Made by a program: the position numbers and the translations under genes. A DNA stretch of 64,000 bases, from positions 3,968,001 through 4,032,000 of the forward strand of contig AP038806.1 of assembly GCA_047150005.1 (NCBI GenBank), read 5' to 3'. The stretch comes from Nitrospira sp. (GTDB lineage: Bacteria; Nitrospirota; Nitrospiria; Nitrospirales; Nitrospiraceae). This document shows, piece after piece, positions 1 to 8,882 of the stretch; positions within the stretch are counted from its first letter, which is position 1; each line of letters starts with the position of its first letter. The notes under the pieces are model-generated. The model was not told where the DNA came from, did not search any database, and saw nothing but the letters and a program-made list of their open reading frames with translations.

Positions 1-497
1 CCCCGGGTGCCTACCCCGGAATCGGTGCCGAGGAACGAGGGCAGGCCGAAGCGATTGCCAGAAACCTCCTGATCATGTCGAGGCTGACCGTCCCCATCGT
101 CTCCGTCGTGATCGGAGAAGGCGGCAGCGGGGGCGCACTGGCCCTCGGCGTATCCGACCGGGTGCTCATGCTGGAACACGGCGTCTATTCAGTGATTTCT
201 CCGGAGGGCTGCGCGGCTATTCTATGGGATGATCCGACCAAAGTACCCGATGCGGCGTCCGCGCTGAAAATGACGGCCCAGGATCTTGTCGGTCTCGGGA
301 TCGTCGACGACATCATCCCGGAACCCCTTGGCGGTGCTCATCGAGAGCCGAAAGCGGTCACAGATCGGGTCGCCAAGGCGCTGACCAACTATCTCTTCCC
401 GCTCACCGAGTGCTCCGTTCCGCAACTGCTGGCCGAACGCGAACAGAAGTACCGCCGCATCGGCGCCGTCAACGGGCTGGAAACCAAACCTTCATAG
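1..497 (+). CDS. accA: Acetyl-CoA carboxylase carboxyltransferase alpha subunit (5' end outside window)
   Basis: Frame is open from position 3 ([22 protein letters not shown]) and continues into [11 protein letters not shown] and [14 protein letters not shown], which are hallmark AccA motifs. Confidence 0.96.
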   Translation, partial: PGAYPGIGAEERGQAEAIARNLLIMSRLTVPIVSVVIGEGGSGGALALGVSDRVLMLEHGVYSVISPEGCAAILWDDPTKVPDAASALKMTAQDLVGLGIVDDIIPEPLGGAHREPKAVTDRVAKALTNYLFPLTECSVPQLLAEREQKYRRIGAVNGLETKPS

Positions 498-514
498 GCT
501 CTTTCGTCTCGACG

Positions 515-535
515 AGGCCGCCGGAAAGGCGGCCT
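515..535. terminator. GC-rich hairpin between convergent genes (possible terminator)
   Basis: AGGCCGCC-ggaaa-GGCGGCCT 8-bp stem between the accA stop and the dioxygenase stop; U-tract weak. Confidence 0.5.
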
Positions 536-546
536 TGGATGGTCTG

Positions 547-1446
547 CTAGACCAACCCCAGGACCGACCGGACTTTCGCCACGATGCGCCGCGAATAATG
601 CATCATGTGGTTCATTTCCATTACCATCTCGACCAGCGAACGATTCATCAACTCCAGAGCCGGATACCTCCGTTTCCTGACGAACCCATGCTGGTAGTTC
701 CTCTTGTCCCCGAATCCCAGCATCCGCTGATCTTCCTCCGACAGATGACCCAGGAATGCAGCATTAAGGATTAAGGGATGGTAGCGATAGTACTCGATGT
801 CCTCGCGCTGCAACGCCACGGCCGGATCGTGATAATTGAGAAACACGGCCTGCCGGCTCTCCAGCACAGGCGTTGCCTGCCGATGAATGCCCGACGTATC
901 GAACAGGAATGCCGACCCGGCCGATCCCGTCACCCGGACGATGCGATCGGGCGCAATGTCCACAAGTTCTCGGTCCGGAACCAGTCGCGGATGCTGTTTT
1001 CGATGACTCCCCTTGATATAGGAGAACGCACCGGATGAAACATCCGTCAGATAGAGCGCCAGCTTGATCTCCCGCGGAATGTTGGGATTCACGTGTTGGT
1101 CGTACCACGCATCTCCATGCCAGCCGTGAAAATCTTTCTTCGTCGGCAGTGACCGCCACCCCTTGGCTTCAACAAGTTGCACGCGCGGACCGATGTACTC
1201 GTGGAGGATCTGTTTGACCAATGGGTGCAGCGCGACATCCAGGAATCCCTGATCCACCGCCAGGACGTCTTGGATCATGTATCGAAACTTCTCCGTCCGT
1301 TCAAATCCCGGCACGTCGTTCCAGACCATACGCTGAAGCCTGGCAAGGAAGGCCTGCTGCATCGAGCGCAACTGCTCTGACGAGATGATCTCCGGTAGTT
1401 GGACAAGCCCGTCACGCTCCAGAATCGCCGTCAACTCATGCGCCAT
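547..1446 (-). CDS. PhyH (phytanoyl-CoA dioxygenase) family Fe(II)/2-oxoglutarate dioxygenase
   Basis: ERDGLVQLPEII N-terminus, GWHGD (HxD), GSH, distal GIHR His and RQAVFLNY Arg; ATG at 1446 with GAGGTG SD, overlapping the GT4 stop. Confidence 0.85.
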   Translation of the reverse strand: MAHELTAILERDGLVQLPEIISSEQLRSMQQAFLARLQRMVWNDVPGFERTEKFRYMIQDVLAVDQGFLDVALHPLVKQILHEYIGPRVQLVEAKGWRSLPTKKDFHGWHGDAWYDQHVNPNIPREIKLALYLTDVSSGAFSYIKGSHRKQHPRLVPDRELVDIAPDRIVRVTGSAGSAFLFDTSGIHRQATPVLESRQAVFLNYHDPAVALQREDIEYYRYHPLILNAAFLGHLSEEDQRMLGFGDKRNYQHGFVRKRRYPALELMNRSLVEMVMEMNHMMHYSRRIVAKVRSVLGLV

Positions 1447-2644
1447 GTCCCACCTCACCTACGTCCGACATCGGGGCATCATACAGAGAAAGTGCATCCT
1501 CCACGCGGGTCTCGTGAGAGAACTGCGCGACCGCATCGACCCTGGCCGCACGGGAAATCTCGTTCTGGAGCGGTTCGCAATCTGCCAACGCCGAGATGTG
1601 GCGCGCCATCGAGGAATAATCACCGGCTGCGACCAAAAATCCGTTGTGCCCCGATCGCACGAACTCAGGGATACCGCCGACGCAACTGGCAATGACAGGC
1701 AGGCCGCTGGCCATGGCTTCAAGGATGACCAATCCGGCCGCCTCCTCCCAGAGCGACGGACACACCAGACAATCCGCAGCCTGCATGTAGCGACACACGT
1801 CGGAGCACAGTCCGAGAAAGACCGTCCGTTCGCCGATGTTCAACGATTCGGCCAACTGCTCCAGCCTTCCTCGCTCAGGGCCGTCGCCCGCGATCCAGAG
1901 AGAGACATACGGGGGGAGAAGCGCCAGCGCGCGCAACGCCGTATCCACTCCTTTCTCAGGAATGAGGTGCGCGACGACGAGCACGACAAATCGCTTCTCG
2001 CACCCCAACGAAGCCTTGACGACCTTCTTGGTCTCCGCATCCGGCTTGAAGCGATCGGTGTTGACAAAATGATAGTACCGACGCGGATTCTTCCATATGG
2101 CCTGGTTCAGGAGATCGGAGTGCACGTAGTTGCTGACCGCAAAGATGTCGGAATAGGCCGAGGCGAACCATTTGTGGCTCAATCGCTTCAGCACACTGGT
2201 CGATCGGACAAAGGAGCGAGGACGGGAGTTGTGATCCGTCAAGACATGCCTGATCTTCGGCCTAAGGAGTCTGAGAAGCGGCACGTATGGATTGATCGGA
2301 GGATACAGATTCCAATGAATGATATGGATACGATGATGATCGGCTAGACGAATCAATCCCGCCAGCGACGCAGCTCGAAATTTCCCCAAGTGGAGGGAGG
2401 CCACCGGGAGACCGGTATTGCGATATCTTGAGCCATGGCTCTCATCGGGCTCACGAGAGAAGACCGGGACCAACAAGCCTCCGCGGTTGGCCAATCCCTC
2501 CGACAAGAGAAAAATCTGCTCCTCCAAGGAGCCGAATTTCATGGACGGATTCAGATTGATCACATAGAGCACCCTGGCCGCGCAGCGAAGCGGTTCAATG
2601 AACCGTTCGCTCGCAGGGCGTTCACGATTGACGTTACCGCCCAT
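1436..2644 (-). CDS. Glycosyltransferase family 4 (GT-B)
   Basis: LIPEKG, IAGDGPER and PSLWEEAAGLVILEAMASGLPVIASCVGGIPE (EX7E) motifs. Confidence 0.92.
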   Translation of the reverse strand: MGGNVNRERPASERFIEPLRCAARVLYVINLNPSMKFGSLEEQIFLLSEGLANRGGLLVPVFSREPDESHGSRYRNTGLPVASLHLGKFRAASLAGLIRLADHHRIHIIHWNLYPPINPYVPLLRLLRPKIRHVLTDHNSRPRSFVRSTSVLKRLSHKWFASAYSDIFAVSNYVHSDLLNQAIWKNPRRYYHFVNTDRFKPDAETKKVVKASLGCEKRFVVLVVAHLIPEKGVDTALRALALLPPYVSLWIAGDGPERGRLEQLAESLNIGERTVFLGLCSDVCRYMQAADCLVCPSLWEEAAGLVILEAMASGLPVIASCVGGIPEFVRSGHNGFLVAAGDYSSMARHISALADCEPLQNEISRAARVDAVAQFSHETRVEDALSLYDAPMSDVGEVGHGA

Positions 2645-2895
2645 TCGGCACCATTCCCATTGAGGTCAAGACAACACTCCCCCTCCTCCGGAAGGGTAAG
2701 CGAAGCATCCTGAAGAGTGACCCACTGGAACGGATTCAAACATCTCAGGATGAAAGTTTCAAGATAAAGATGAGAGGTACCCTTCTCCTGATGGGCTACC
2801 CTATGGAGCAGGGCTGTCCAGCTGAATGAGCCGGGTGGATTCGACGCGATCCCAACGGGTTATCCGCTCATTGTTCACGTCTTGGGAGGGGAACA

Positions 2896-3273
2896 TTAAT
2901 GCAGCATTTTTCGGCATTTTTCTTCGAGGATTCTCGGATCGATAGGCTTAGGCAAAAAGTCTCGTGCGCCGGCCTTGATCGCCTCAAGGGAGTCCTCCGG
3001 CTCTGCGGTGGCCGACATCATGATCACCGGGATCTGAGGATAGATCTTGCGCAGCTCCCGGAGCACCAACATCCCGTCCATGCCAGGCAGCCTCAGATCC
3101 AACAGCACGAGATGAACAGGAGAGCGATGGTGCTCAAGCGCCATGGTCGCTAACGTCGAGTATCCATCGGTCGTAAGGATTGTGTCATATCCCAGGGATT
3201 GGAGTCGGTCCTGAAGACTCTCGCCGATGCACCGGTCGTCCTCGACGATCATGACTCGCGCGGAGCTGCTCAC
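2896..3273 (-). CDS. Single-domain response regulator (REC)
   Basis: VMIVEDD, LVLLDLRLPGMDG, IMMSA, FLPKP. Confidence 0.92.
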   Translation of the reverse strand: MSSSARVMIVEDDRCIGESLQDRLQSLGYDTILTTDGYSTLATMALEHHRSPVHLVLLDLRLPGMDGMLVLRELRKIYPQIPVIMMSATAEPEDSLEAIKAGARDFLPKPIDPRILEEKCRKMLH

Positions 3274-3368
3274 TCAGACTCCATGGGTCGCCGCCCGCAC
3301 CCTTTTTCCAAGTCTTCCGGAAGGACGTGATCGGCCTTGTCGCATGCGGCCGTCGATGACGTGACCAT
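3270..3368 (-). CDS. Putative 32-aa small protein (MVTSSTAACDKADHVLPEDLEKGCGRRPMESE)
   Basis: Read manually: AGGGAGGG SD before ATG 3368; TGA overlaps the GTG start of the downstream REC gene (GTGA). Confidence 0.4.
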   Translation of the reverse strand: MVTSSTAACDKADHVLPEDLEKGCGRRPMESE

Positions 3369-3392
3369 GACGGTTCCCTCCCTGTTGCCCGG

Positions 3393-3815
3393 TTATTTCC
3401 CCGGTGGGGCCAACGGTTCGGACTCCTCGTTGGCGGCCTGCGACTCCACGACCACGAGAGTCCCTCTCATCACCGGATGCAGTTCGCAATGGTAGGAGTA
3501 CCGGCCGGGCGGCAATGGTGCGATGGCAAAACTGTTCTCCGGCGGCACAGCCAGCGAACGAAAGACACACTGCCCGTCTTCCTTGAGACACTCATCATGG
3601 CGGATGCTGTGCGGCGACGCGGTCGCGTTGGACCACCGGACGGGCATTCCTGCCGACACGACCGCCAATTGCGGCTCATAGTAGGGAGCCGAAGACTCAA
3701 AGAGAATCTCGACAATCCCCGTATCACCGGGGCCGGTCCCTCCCATGGCCGGAGCCGGGCCGACAATCAGAAGTGTGCCGAACAGCATCGCCAGGTGTCG
3801 TCTGTGGCGGATCAT
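3393..3815 (-). CDS. Exported cupredoxin / plastocyanin-amicyanin-like blue copper protein
   Basis: Signal peptide, VRWSN...PHSI and GRYSYHCELHPVMRGTLVV provide the His/Cys/His/Met type-1 Cu ligands. Confidence 0.88.
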   Translation of the reverse strand: MIRHRRHLAMLFGTLLIVGPAPAMGGTGPGDTGIVEILFESSAPYYEPQLAVVSAGMPVRWSNATASPHSIRHDECLKEDGQCVFRSLAVPPENSFAIAPLPPGRYSYHCELHPVMRGTLVVVESQAANEESEPLAPPGK

Positions 3816-3919
3816 GGCTGATTCCCCTTCCATGCTTCCCACGGTGAAAGCCGCCGCATCGGCCGGAAACAGTCTATCTTCGAAGAAATAAAGTCTCGAT
3901 ATGTGAAGGATTCGAATCC

Positions 3920-3936
3920 TATAAAGAATGCATAAA
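3920..3936 (-). promoter_or_regulatory. KdpE-box-like direct repeat upstream of the cupredoxin gene
   Basis: Minus strand TTTATG-CATTC-TTTATA (11-bp period) resembles the E. coli KdpE site TTTATA-N5-TTTACA; candidate -10 TAGACT at 3876-3871. Confidence 0.55.
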
Positions 3937-3971
3937 TGCGCCGGTTCGGCAGGAAGGGAGACGCGAAAGAA

Positions 3972-4676
3972 TCAGGAGGATGCGTCCCCGTCCGGGCAAA
4001 ACCGATACCCGACACCGGGGTCGGTGACGATGAAGCTGGGACGGGCGGGAATGAGCTCGATCTTCTTCCGTAGTTGACCGATAAACACCCGGAGATATTG
4101 TGCCTGGTCCGCGTATCCTTGGCCCCAGACCGCCTGAAGGATCATGCGATGGGTCAAGACCTTGCCCGCATGCTCGATGAGATACTTCAAGAGATCGTAT
4201 TCCGTCGGAGTCAGCTTCACCGTCTTGTCGTCGAGCAGGACCTCCCGTCGATCGAAATTCACACACATCCTGCCGGCCACGAACACCGGTCGGGCGCTAT
4301 GGGCTCCTGCCGCCCGCCTGAGCACCGACCGAATCCGAGCCAGCAGTTCCTCGGTCCCAAAGGGTTTCGTCATATAGTCGTCGGCGCCGGCTTCGAGCGC
4401 CTCAACCTTCCTGAACTCATCGCCGATCGCAGACAGCACGATGATCGGCACGGCGGCCGATTCGCGAATGCGCTGCGTCACCTCGACTCCTCCGATGCCG
4501 GGCAGGAGCAGATCCACGATCATGACATCGGGTCGCCGGTTGGTGAAAGAGCGCAAGGCTTCCTCGCCGCTCTCCGCCGTCTCGACCGCATAGCCCCTGT
4601 TCTGCAAATTGACCTGCAGCGACCGTCGGATTTGCGGTTCGTCGTCCACCACAAGAATGCGCGCTCCCTGAGCCAT
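3972..4676 (-). CDS. OmpR-family response regulator, KdpE-like
   Basis: ILVVDDEPQIRR, KVEALEAGADDYMTKPF, LTPTEY, GKVLTHR, YLRVFIGQLRKKIE...P.FIVTDPGVGYRF typical of KdpE. Confidence 0.93.
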   Translation of the reverse strand: MAQGARILVVDDEPQIRRSLQVNLQNRGYAVETAESGEEALRSFTNRRPDVMIVDLLLPGIGGVEVTQRIRESAAVPIIVLSAIGDEFRKVEALEAGADDYMTKPFGTEELLARIRSVLRRAAGAHSARPVFVAGRMCVNFDRREVLLDDKTVKLTPTEYDLLKYLIEHAGKVLTHRMILQAVWGQGYADQAQYLRVFIGQLRKKIELIPARPSFIVTDPGVGYRFCPDGDASS

Positions 4677-4691
4677 ACGACCTCCCCTGCT

Positions 4692-6113
4692 CTAGGTCTC
4701 CGTCGATCCTGAAGGTCCTCGGAGAACGTCCCTCGGCGTCGGCAGCGTAAACGCGATCGTCGTCCTTTTGTCGGACTCCGAGGTCGCGACGATCCGACCG
4801 CCGTGAGCCTCCACGATCGCCTTACAAATGGCCAGCCCAAGGCCGGTTCCCGGAATCCCGGCGCTCCGCGCGGAGTGCGCGCGATAGAATCGTTCGAAGA
4901 TCCTGGGCAACTCATCGGCCGGAATGCCGCCGCCGGTATTGGAGATCGACACTTCTATCGCGTCGCCCGCGACGGCCGCAGCCAGTCGAACCGAGGACGA
5001 AGGAGCAGAAAACTTCACGGCGTTCTCCAGCAAATTGATGAGTACCTGTTGGATCTGCACCCCATCGACGTACACCGGGGGAATATCGCTCGCAAGCTCG
5101 ACCTGCAACACGCGATCCTCAAGAAACGACCCGGCCACCCTGATTGCGCCCTCCGCCAACTCATCCAACACATGCCATTCGCGTCTGGGTGCCAGACTCC
5201 CGGCTTCCAGTCCGGACATATCGAGCAGGTTGCCGACGAAGCGATTCAGATGGTCCAACTGCTTGTCCATGCTGCGAAGAAACTCTTGTCGCACAGGCGA
5301 CGACTGCGTGCCGGGATCATCGTGGAGGCTGAACAGCATCGATTTGATCGCCGTCAACGGTGTCCGCAATTCATGGGAAACCGACGAGAGCAAGGCCGAC
5401 TTCATCGCGTCGCTTTGGCGCAGGGCTTCCACGATTTTGTTCTCGCTTCGTTTCAACGCCCTCTCTGCCTCCAGAAACCGCCAGATGAGCAGGGATGCCA
5501 CCGTCACCACCAGCAAGACCGTCCATATCTCCCATTGGATCAATGTCCGTGAACGTGCCTCGGAGTAGCGCGTCAGAAGTTCGACCGTCGCATTGGCCGT
5601 GTCCAAGAGGATAGCATTGTCCGCAAGCAACTCTTGCTGCGCGATCGCCCATTCGGGGGAGGTCGTATGGGTCTTGAGGAATCGATCCGCCTTGGCTTCA
5701 AAAGACTCCAACAGCCGGTGTTGCTCCAAGAGCCGCTCACGAATCTCGACGGACGGCGGTCCGGTCAGGGTCACAGGCTGCCGGTCGCGGTGCACAATCA
5801 TCGTCCCGCCGTTCAGCAGTGTGTCCAGTCGTTCCCCTAGCGTTCGGCGTGTCTGATCGTAGGTTGACGGAACCCCTTGCGCCGAGAGCAGGAGTTCCTT
5901 CATTTGCCGTTCGAGCAGCATCCTCTGGCGGCCGGCCAAGTCGACCAGCAACGCGTCCGAGTCGAGGCTCTGCAGAAACGTCATCGTCAGCGGGACAAAC
6001 GCAAGAAGCGTGATGATCAGCAACCCGAAGATGCCGGCGACGGTCCAATTGGCGGGGCGCGCATGGTCGATCACAGGAAGCGCGACGGCCATCCCGACCT
6101 CCAGAGTCACCAT
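4692..6113 (-). CDS. Membrane sensor histidine kinase with PilJ/NarX-like periplasmic domain and KdpD-like transmitter
   Basis: Two TM helices flanking a domain starting DLAGRQRML; ALLSSVSHELRTPLTAI H-box, NLLENAVKF N-box, GTGLGLAICKAIVEAHGG G-box. Confidence 0.92.
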   Translation of the reverse strand: MVTLEVGMAVALPVIDHARPANWTVAGIFGLLIITLLAFVPLTMTFLQSLDSDALLVDLAGRQRMLLERQMKELLLSAQGVPSTYDQTRRTLGERLDTLLNGGTMIVHRDRQPVTLTGPPSVEIRERLLEQHRLLESFEAKADRFLKTHTTSPEWAIAQQELLADNAILLDTANATVELLTRYSEARSRTLIQWEIWTVLLVVTVASLLIWRFLEAERALKRSENKIVEALRQSDAMKSALLSSVSHELRTPLTAIKSMLFSLHDDPGTQSSPVRQEFLRSMDKQLDHLNRFVGNLLDMSGLEAGSLAPRREWHVLDELAEGAIRVAGSFLEDRVLQVELASDIPPVYVDGVQIQQVLINLLENAVKFSAPSSSVRLAAAVAGDAIEVSISNTGGGIPADELPRIFERFYRAHSARSAGIPGTGLGLAICKAIVEAHGGRIVATSESDKRTTIAFTLPTPRDVLRGPSGSTET

Positions 6114-6247
6114 TGTAGCAGCGATATGGACGGTTCACCACGGCCGCTTGGAGCCGACGCATTCGCTGCACGGACTCCACAGCATGAGGAGCGATCCCGC
6201 GTGATGAGACGAGCGAAGAGGAGTATACTTGAGGACGGAGAGGCCCC

Positions 6248-7336
6248 ATGCGTCGTGTGCTTGTCCTGGGCGCCGGCAAAATCGGTTCGCTGATCACCTG
6301 CCTCTTGGCGGGACGTCAAGACTACGCCGTGTACCTCGGGGATATCACGCTGGACCGGCCCAAACGGCTTGTGGAAGACCTGGGACTCTCTCGAGTCACC
6401 CCGTATCTCCTCGACGCGCGCCATCCGGACAGTATCGGCACGTTTTTGGAGACACATCCTGTTGATGCCGTCATTTCCGGTCTCCCCTACTTCTGCAATC
6501 CTACCATCGCCGGGCTCGCTCGCACGCACGACTTGCATTACTTCGATCTGACCGAAGACGTCGAGGTCACCTGTCAGGTCAAATCTCTCAGCGCGGGAGC
6601 CGCACGGGCCTTCGTACCGCAATGCGGGCTGGCTCCCGGGTTCATCAGCATCGTGGCGCACGACCTGATGACCCATTTCGAGAGCCTGGACACGGTCAAG
6701 ATGCGGGTGGGAGCACTGCCCGTTCACCCCAGCAATGCGCTCAAGTATTCGCTCACCTGGTCCACCGACGGGTTGATCAACGAATACGGCAATCTCTGCT
6801 ATGGCATCGAGGAAGGCGAGCGGGTGCCGCTTCAACCTCTGGAAGGTTATGAAACCATCGAGCTCGACGGCTTGCTTTATGAAGCGTTCAACACCTCAGG
6901 CGGGTTGGGCGCTTTGGCCGACTCCTATGCCGGCAGGGTCCGCACCATGAACTACAAGACCCTCCGATATCCCGGGCACTGCGAGAAAATCCACCTCCTG
7001 ATGAAAGACCTCAAGCTGAACGAGGACCGCGACACGCTGAAGCGCGTGCTTGAGCGGGCCATCCCCCAAACTCTCCAGGATGTCGTCCTGATTTACGCCT
7101 CGGTGACGGGCACCAAGCAGGACGGGTTCTTCGAAGAGAGCTACGTCAAGAAAGTCTATCCGCAATGCATCATGGGAAGACCCTGGTCCGCCATCCAGGT
7201 CACCACGGCCTCCAGCGTCTGCTGCGTCGTCGATCTTGTCCTGCAGCACCCGGACGCCTACAGGGGATTCGTCACACAGGAATCCTTCAGCCTGCAGGAT
7301 TTTCTCGCCAACGACTTTGGAGCCTGTTTCCGGTGA
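6248..7336 (+). CDS. Saccharopine dehydrogenase family protein, probably L-lysine 6-dehydrogenase
   Basis: GAGKIG Rossmann motif, HYFDLTEDV, PQCGLAPGFISIV, TWSTDGLINEY, YEAFNTSGGLG, YKTLRYPGH. Confidence 0.88.
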   Translation: MRRVLVLGAGKIGSLITCLLAGRQDYAVYLGDITLDRPKRLVEDLGLSRVTPYLLDARHPDSIGTFLETHPVDAVISGLPYFCNPTIAGLARTHDLHYFDLTEDVEVTCQVKSLSAGAARAFVPQCGLAPGFISIVAHDLMTHFESLDTVKMRVGALPVHPSNALKYSLTWSTDGLINEYGNLCYGIEEGERVPLQPLEGYETIELDGLLYEAFNTSGGLGALADSYAGRVRTMNYKTLRYPGHCEKIHLLMKDLKLNEDRDTLKRVLERAIPQTLQDVVLIYASVTGTKQDGFFEESYVKKVYPQCIMGRPWSAIQVTTASSVCCVVDLVLQHPDAYRGFVTQESFSLQDFLANDFGACFR

Positions 7337-8868
7337 GCAGCGCGCAAGACACCCTCAGGGAACTGGGCATTCAGGGCACCAATGCCGGCGGCAGCACCGG
7401 AAGCGGCCGATGGTGCGGTCCAAGCAGCATGCCTCTGCTTCAATCGATGAACCCGACAACCGGCGATCCCGTTGCCGGCGTCCATCCCTGTACCCTTCCC
7501 GACTATGAACGCATTCTCAAGGACTCCCTTGACGCCTTCCAGCGGTGGCGGCTCGTTCCGGCTCCGAAACGTGGGGAGGTCGTCCGACAGATCGGTCAGA
7601 TTTTGCGGGAAAAGAAAGATCCGCTGGGAACGCTCGTGTCCCTGGAGACGGGAAAGATCAAGGCGGAAGGCGAGGGCGAAGTCCAGGAGATGATCGACAT
7701 GGCCGACCTGGCCGTCGGACAGTCGCGCATGCTCTACGGAGCGACGATGCCTTCCGAGCGACCGGCCCATCGACTGTCCGAGCAATGGCATCCTCTGGGG
7801 CCTGTGGGAGTCATTACCGCGTTCAATTTTCCCGTCGCCGTGTGGGCATGGAACGCCTTCCTGGCGGCCATTGCCGGGGATACGGTGGTCTGGAAGCCTT
7901 CTCCGAAGGCCCCGCTCTGCGCCATCGCCGTGCAGCACATCTGTAACCGAGTCATGGAACAACAGGGCCTCTCCGGGGTTTTTTCGCTGTTCATCACCGA
8001 TCAGCAGCCTCTCGCCGAGACCATGGTGCAGGATCGTCGTCTGCCGCTGATCTCCTTCACCGGCTCCGTCACGGTCGGACGACAAGTGGCCTCCATGGTC
8101 GGCCAACGGCTGGGCCGGACTCTGCTGGAGCTTAGCGGCAACAACGCGGTCATCGTCGACGAGACGGCCGATCTCGACATGGCCACGCGTGCGATTGTCT
8201 TCGGGGCGGTGGGGACGGCGGGACAGCGATGCACCACCACCCGGCGGGTGTTTGTGCACGAGGCGCGGGCGGACGAGCTGACCGGCAAACTGATCAAGGC
8301 ATACAGCCAGATCCTCATCGGCAATCCGCTGGAGCCGAACGTGTTGATGGGCCCGTTGATCGATCAAGCCGCCGTTGAGAGCTACCGCCAGGCGATCGAG
8401 GAGATCAAGACCGAAGGAGGGCAAATCCTTTATGGCGGCAAAGTCCTGCCTCGCGCCGGTTATTTTGTCGAGCCGACCATCGTCCGTGCACACAAGCAAT
8501 GGCCGGTGGTTCAACGCGAGACCTTTGCACCGATCTTGTACGTGATGCCGTTTCACACGCTCGATCAGGCCATCGAACTGCAGAACAGCGTCCCTCAGGG
8601 ACTCTCGTCCGCCATGTTCACCACTAATCTGCGCCATAGCGAGCGGTTTCTCTCGGCCGCCGGCAGCGATTGCGGCATTGCCAACATCAATATCGGCACA
8701 TCAGGCGCGGAAATCGGCGGGGCGTTCGGGGGCGAAAAAGAGACCGGGGGCGGCCGGGAAGCAGGGTCCGATGCCTGGAAAGCCTATATGCGACGGCAGA
8801 CCAACACGGTGAACTGGGGCACCGACCTTCCGCTTGCGCAAGGAATCAAGTTTGGCTCGTCCTCCTGA
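7333..8868 (+). CDS. amaB: Aldehyde dehydrogenase family 7 (alpha-aminoadipate semialdehyde / P6C dehydrogenase)
   Basis: GTG start overlapping the upstream stop (GTGA); GEVQEMID, AFNFPVAVWAWN, LELSGNNA, GTAGQRCTT, NIGTSGAEIGGAFGGEKETGGGREAGSDAWKAYMRRQT. Confidence 0.92.
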   Translation: MSSAQDTLRELGIQGTNAGGSTGSGRWCGPSSMPLLQSMNPTTGDPVAGVHPCTLPDYERILKDSLDAFQRWRLVPAPKRGEVVRQIGQILREKKDPLGTLVSLETGKIKAEGEGEVQEMIDMADLAVGQSRMLYGATMPSERPAHRLSEQWHPLGPVGVITAFNFPVAVWAWNAFLAAIAGDTVVWKPSPKAPLCAIAVQHICNRVMEQQGLSGVFSLFITDQQPLAETMVQDRRLPLISFTGSVTVGRQVASMVGQRLGRTLLELSGNNAVIVDETADLDMATRAIVFGAVGTAGQRCTTTRRVFVHEARADELTGKLIKAYSQILIGNPLEPNVLMGPLIDQAAVESYRQAIEEIKTEGGQILYGGKVLPRAGYFVEPTIVRAHKQWPVVQRETFAPILYVMPFHTLDQAIELQNSVPQGLSSAMFTTNLRHSERFLSAAGSDCGIANINIGTSGAEIGGAFGGEKETGGGREAGSDAWKAYMRRQTNTVNWGTDLPLAQGIKFGSSS

Positions 8869-8882
8869 CTGAAGAGGTACGT

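Noticed and set aside
3907..3920. GGATTCGAATCC resembling a tRNA T-arm
   Set aside because: No acceptor, D or anticodon stems around it; treated as a palindrome only
7258..8637. 459-aa minus-strand ORF
   Set aside because: Antisense shadow of the ALDH7 gene
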